A stretch of 64,000 nt of DNA, taken from an uncultured Gammaproteobacteria bacterium (GTDB lineage Bacteria; Patescibacteriota; Patescibacteriia; CAZGFX01). Made by a program: the position numbers and the translations under genes. The stretch covers positions 139,823 through 203,822 of the forward strand of contig CAZGFX010000001.1 in assembly GCA_964524845.1 (NCBI GenBank), in the 5' to 3' direction. Under the pieces are notes generated by a model. The model was not told the DNA's origin and ran no database searches. It saw nothing but the letters and a program-made list of their open reading frames with translations. This document shows, piece by piece, positions 60,501 through 64,000 of this stretch; the stretch's first letter is position 1; every line of letters begins with the position of its first letter.

Positions 60501-61319
60501 CTATCTTATACACCTTGTTGTTACTCTTCCTTCCTGAATAATATGACCAATCTCGTTTCCATAAACACCACAACGTCCTTTTATACCGTGACACTGAAGA
60601 ATTACGCATCCATTAAGAATTGTGGCGCATCCGAAATACCCCAGATCTTCAGATGTTGTATTACAATTAAATTCACAGTCAGTATCTGAAATACACTCTT
60701 TTCCAAAATCAACTGGCACATATTTGCAATCAACCAATACCCACCCGCCTTGGGAATAACGATATTTTCCTGTCTGACCGTTCGGACAGTTTGGGTCTTG
60801 ATTATATGACTGTTGAATTGGTTTATAATTTTCAGGATTTTCTTTTTTTGAAAATTCTTTTTGATATTTGAAATCAAAAACATTTCTTTCCTGAGGAAGA
60901 AGTTGATTTAATGAAAAAGAAAGATTTTTCTCATTTACATTCATCTCGTATTTTTGTTGATTGGACTCGTACGAAATAATATTATCATTTCTTTTAATCG
61001 GGCCTAATACTGAGAATCCGGCAACATGAACGAAGACATCTTTCGCAAAAACAGATGCCGGAATACGCACAATACCAAACTGATCCGATACACCATTAAA
61101 TAAAATTGAATATTCACACGTTCCAAGATCTTTATTATCGCATGTATATGTGTTTGTAATGATAATAGCTCTATTTGGAACAATATCGCTTGCAATTGTA
61201 TTAAGTAATACAAAAGAATACTCACCTTGTTCGCTTATTGAAGAATTAAAACATCCCGTAAGTAAAGTACTTGTGAGAAAAAGAATAAGTAAATATATTC
61301 GCACAGGATATAATTTCAT
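60501..61319 (-). CDS. Hypothetical lipoprotein with a Cys-rich C-terminal domain
   Basis: Lipobox LLTGC; ten or more Cys in the last 100 aa. Confidence 0.6.
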   Translation of the reverse strand: MKLYPVRIYLLILFLTSTLLTGCFNSSISEQGEYSFVLLNTIASDIVPNRAIIITNTYTCDNKDLGTCEYSILFNGVSDQFGIVRIPASVFAKDVFVHVAGFSVLGPIKRNDNIISYESNQQKYEMNVNEKNLSFSLNQLLPQERNVFDFKYQKEFSKKENPENYKPIQQSYNQDPNCPNGQTGKYRYSQGGWVLVDCKYVPVDFGKECISDTDCEFNCNTTSEDLGYFGCATILNGCVILQCHGIKGRCGVYGNEIGHIIQEGRVTTRCIR

Positions 61320-61413
61320 GAAACTATCGATTTCTACTCTATCATAGCACGAATTCGCCGTTCAATCGAGGGTATTTTTTCAAATAAATATTATCGTAAA
61401 ACAACATATATAA

Positions 61414-61443
61414 TTGACAAAAAAACACAAATGCGTGTATAAT
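61414..61443 (+). promoter_or_regulatory. Sigma70-like promoter for tRNA-fMet: TTGACA, 18 nt, TATAAT, with the tRNA 5' end 13 nt downstream
   Basis: ttgacaaaaaaacacaaatgcgtgTATAAT read directly from the sequence. Confidence 0.7.
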
Positions 61444-61456
61444 GCGTTTTGTTCGT

Positions 61457-61533
<77 letters not shown>

Positions 61534-61726
61534 TTCTTCGCTCGTTAGAGTGAAATTACGAACGATATAACTATAAGAATTTATTCTACAAAGCATTTTT
61601 GCTTTGTTTTTTTGTGCTAAATTAAGCCTTTTTATATATTATTCAACCATACTATTGACTTTTCTGTAAGTGTATGATATTATCATACGATTAAAACAAA
61701 ACCAAAATAAAATAAGGAGAATTGAA

Positions 61727-62440
61727 ATGAAAAAAGTTCATGCTCAAAAAACAGAAGATGAACCGGATGTTAAAAAACTTTTTCCTTTCGTGTTTTTTCT
61801 TGAAAAAACAACGCCTGTTCTGGGAAAAAAATCGACCCCTGGCACTGAAACACACGCGACAGCAACAAAACACGAAGGAGTTCCAGATTGGAAAGAGGAA
61901 GAAGACAGTTATTTAAATTTTATCAAAAAAAATACCACGCAGTTTGTTCCAATCGAAGAATGTGGTGATTCACCAGAACAAACAGTTCTGGAAAAAATAG
62001 ACAAGCTTTTCTTTCTTCGGAGTCTCGCATATTCGTCAACAAAAAATCATGAGGCAAAAAAAATCATTGAGCACATGATACACGATCTTGCCGAATACGA
62101 AGACCTTCTTTCCTTTGTGGATTATATGAAAACGGAAAATATTGGATCGTTTTTAAAAAATCCTCAACTGGCACAAGAGATAATCTGTATATACAATATT
62201 CTTCAAGTGTATGCCATCGAAAACGATTATATTAATACATTTGAGAAAGTGGATCTAAAAAACGTAATGTATGAATTGAAGAAAGGTTCCACAAAAACCA
62301 GTAAGAACAAGCCCGCTCGAAAAAAAACACAAAAAATCAATTGCGGCCACAAAAACCAACAACCACAAGAGAAAAGCGGTGTATGGGGAAAGAAAAAAAA
62401 TAAAAATTATCACCTCGCAAAAAAATCACTTTTATTTTAA
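61727..62440 (+). CDS. Hypothetical protein with a Lys-rich C-terminus
   Basis: Start chosen at the ATG with SD AAGGAGA (61714-61720); the longest ORF begins at 61670. A terminator follows. Confidence 0.55.
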   Translation: MKKVHAQKTEDEPDVKKLFPFVFFLEKTTPVLGKKSTPGTETHATATKHEGVPDWKEEEDSYLNFIKKNTTQFVPIEECGDSPEQTVLEKIDKLFFLRSLAYSSTKNHEAKKIIEHMIHDLAEYEDLLSFVDYMKTENIGSFLKNPQLAQEIICIYNILQVYAIENDYINTFEKVDLKNVMYELKKGSTKTSKNKPARKKTQKINCGHKNQQPQEKSGVWGKKKNKNYHLAKKSLLF

Positions 62441-62445
62441 ACTAA

Positions 62446-62480
62446 CAAAAAAACCGCTCTACTCTTTAGAGCGGTTTTCT
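62446..62480 (+). terminator. Rho-independent terminator (aaccgctctactctttagagcggtttt)
   Basis: 9-bp stem with a T-run. Confidence 0.8.
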
Positions 62481-62714
62481 CGTTAAAAAACGTTTGCAAA
62501 TCAAATAAGAATAATATAGTATAAAATCAATAAAAAATAATAATTCAAAAAACAAAAATAAGAAGGTGCCCAATGAAAAAACAAAGAAAAAAACATTGTA
62601 AAAACCAGAAAAAGAAAAAACAAAACAAAAATAGCAAAGTAAAAAACACAGGATCATATTTTATTCCTGAAAACACCAACGAAGAACCTTCAAAAAAACC
62701 AAAAATGATTTTTA

Positions 62715-62755
62715 ACTAAAAAATCGCCCCGAGCACCATGCTCGGGGATTTTATT
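62715..62755. terminator. Bidirectional terminator (ccccgagcaccatgctcgggg with A-run and T-run flanks); it serves trxB on the minus strand
   Basis: 8-bp GC-rich stem. Confidence 0.8.
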
Positions 62756-62767
62756 TATCTTATAAAT

Positions 62768-63697
62768 TTATTTTTTCTGATCGAGATACCTCTGTGCATC
62801 AATTGCCGCCATACATCCGGATCCAGCTGCGGTAATAGCTTGTCTGTATTTATAATCAAACACATCTCCTGCCGCAAAAACACCAGGTACTGACGTTTCG
62901 GTTGAAAATGGTTTTTTAATTGTAATATACCCCTTCTCCATCTCTATCTGCCCCTCGAGAAATCCAGTTGCAGGCGCATGTCCTATGGCTACAAAAACAC
63001 CCTTTATATCAGGTAATTCAAATGTTTCATTCGTCTTATTATTAATTAATGAAACACCTTGAACGGAATCTGCACCATTAATTTCTTTTATTTCTGTATT
63101 ATATAAAATTTCTATTTTTGGATTCTCCTCCGCTTGTTTTAACATAAAAGTGCTCGCGCGCGCGCGGTCACTTCTTACAAGTATTGTAACTTTCGGACAG
63201 AATGTTGAAAGCACATGTGCATCCTCCATCGCAACATCGCCTCCTCCGACAACAATTACCTCTTTTCCTTTAAAGAAAAAACCGTCACATGTAGCGCACG
63301 CTGAGACACCCTTTCCGCGAAGTCTTTGTTCCGATGGAATACCAAGCCATTTCGCTTCCGCACCGGTCGCGATAATGACCGCGCGCGCGCGATACTCTTC
63401 TCCATCGCACTCAATTATAAGATTTTCAGGGTCTTTAAAATTAACTTTAGAAACGTTTTTTTCCATTATTTTTGCCCCAAATCTCTCACATTGTTTTCTC
63501 ATTGCGCTCATAAGTTCGGGCCCTTTGACTCCGTCCGGAAATCCCGGAAAATTCTCTATATCACTGGTCCACATAAGCTGTCCTCCTATCTGTTCCCCAG
63601 CAAAAATAACTGGCTCAAAACCAGCACGAGCAGTATAAACACCGGCCGTATAACCCGCCGGACCGGAACCGATAATAACTATTGAGACTTCTTTCAT
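62768..63697 (-). CDS. trxB: Thioredoxin-disulfide reductase
   Basis: FAD motif GSGPAGYTAGVY, redox CATCDG, NADPH motif GGGDVAME. Confidence 0.95.
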   Translation of the reverse strand: MKEVSIVIIGSGPAGYTAGVYTARAGFEPVIFAGEQIGGQLMWTSDIENFPGFPDGVKGPELMSAMRKQCERFGAKIMEKNVSKVNFKDPENLIIECDGEEYRARAVIIATGAEAKWLGIPSEQRLRGKGVSACATCDGFFFKGKEVIVVGGGDVAMEDAHVLSTFCPKVTILVRSDRARASTFMLKQAEENPKIEILYNTEIKEINGADSVQGVSLINNKTNETFELPDIKGVFVAIGHAPATGFLEGQIEMEKGYITIKKPFSTETSVPGVFAAGDVFDYKYRQAITAAGSGCMAAIDAQRYLDQKK

Positions 63698-63821
63698 ATG
63701 ATATGCAATTAATTACGTATACATATAATAAACGGTATTCACATATTAGGCAATCACTTAATATTTAACAAAAAAACAAAGGCGGTCATCCTTTGTTTTT
63801 TGAATAATAATTAAGTTTTAT

Positions 63822-64000
63822 TTATTCACTAGTCACACCATCAAAGTGTTCTTCTTGCGACATGGCATCCTGTTTTGTCGCACGAATAGTTCCGTCCTTG
63901 TGCTCAGGTGGCGAATATACCGTATATAGCTTCATGGGCGCCGATGTCGATGTGTTTATAATATTGTGTTTTGTTCCAGCCGGGATAACGACAGCGAACT
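63822..64000 (-). CDS. Partial CDS (C-terminal 58 aa only): possible cupin-fold protein, running off the window end
   Basis: Hand translation ...AVVIPAGTKHNIINTSTSAPMKLYTVYSPPEHKDGTIRATKQDAMSQEEHFDGVTSE* with the stop at 63822-63824. Confidence 0.35.
   Translation of the reverse strand, partial: FAVVIPAGTKHNIINTSTSAPMKLYTVYSPPEHKDGTIRATKQDAMSQEEHFDGVTSE

Noticed and set aside
62466-62657. 63-aa minus ORF (poly-F/L), and a possible 48-aa Lys-rich plus ORF at 62574-62720
   Set aside because: The region is poly-A/T low-complexity sequence between two terminators. The ORFs are compositional artefacts. The plus ORF has a weak GGTG RBS but no other support.
63150-63685. Plus-strand 162-aa and 119-aa ORFs
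   Set aside because: They are antisense to trxB, which has unambiguous FAD, CATC and NADPH motifs.

Overview
This is an AT-rich bacterial chromosomal segment of about 30 genes, mostly housekeeping. I infer a reduced-genome Patescibacteria/CPR-like organism from gene content (a compact Rel enzyme lacking the C-terminal ACT domain, pili and competence genes, and giant surface proteins), but this is not proven. Housekeeping genes present are der, pth, mfd, dprA, topA, rel, parAB, clpC, comFC, trxB, a DEAD-box helicase, an ELP3-like radical-SAM enzyme and an LCP-family protein. Four tRNA genes are present.

Three features stand out.
- **Giant surface protein (1-10129, minus):** over 3370 aa and partial, running off the window start. 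It has dozens of LVIVD-type repeats and is a candidate host-attachment adhesin.
- **RHS polymorphic toxin locus (20658-27958, minus):** a 2141-aa secreted RHS/YD-repeat protein. After its DPxGE motif it carries a C-terminal alpha/beta-hydrolase (GFSHGG) domain. It is followed 3 nt downstream by a small multi-TM candidate immunity gene, then by a truncated orphan copy of an internal RHS core segment (about 90% nt identity over about 480 bp). The orphan's homology ends exactly where it abuts the mfd stop codon.
- **tRNA-proximal tandem repeats at two loci:** tRNA-Leu(CAA) and tRNA-Ser(GCT) are each embedded in 110-111-bp tandem repeats carrying duplicated 5' (and, for Ser, 3') pieces of the tRNA. 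The Leu array is GC-rich with compensatory hairpin changes between units, so it may be a structured RNA, an iteron/centromere-like site near parAB, or a footprint of a small tRNA-targeting element.

All calls rest on reading the sequence and the supplied ORF track by eye, with no database searches. The giant protein was translated by hand and checked in frame only at the two ends.
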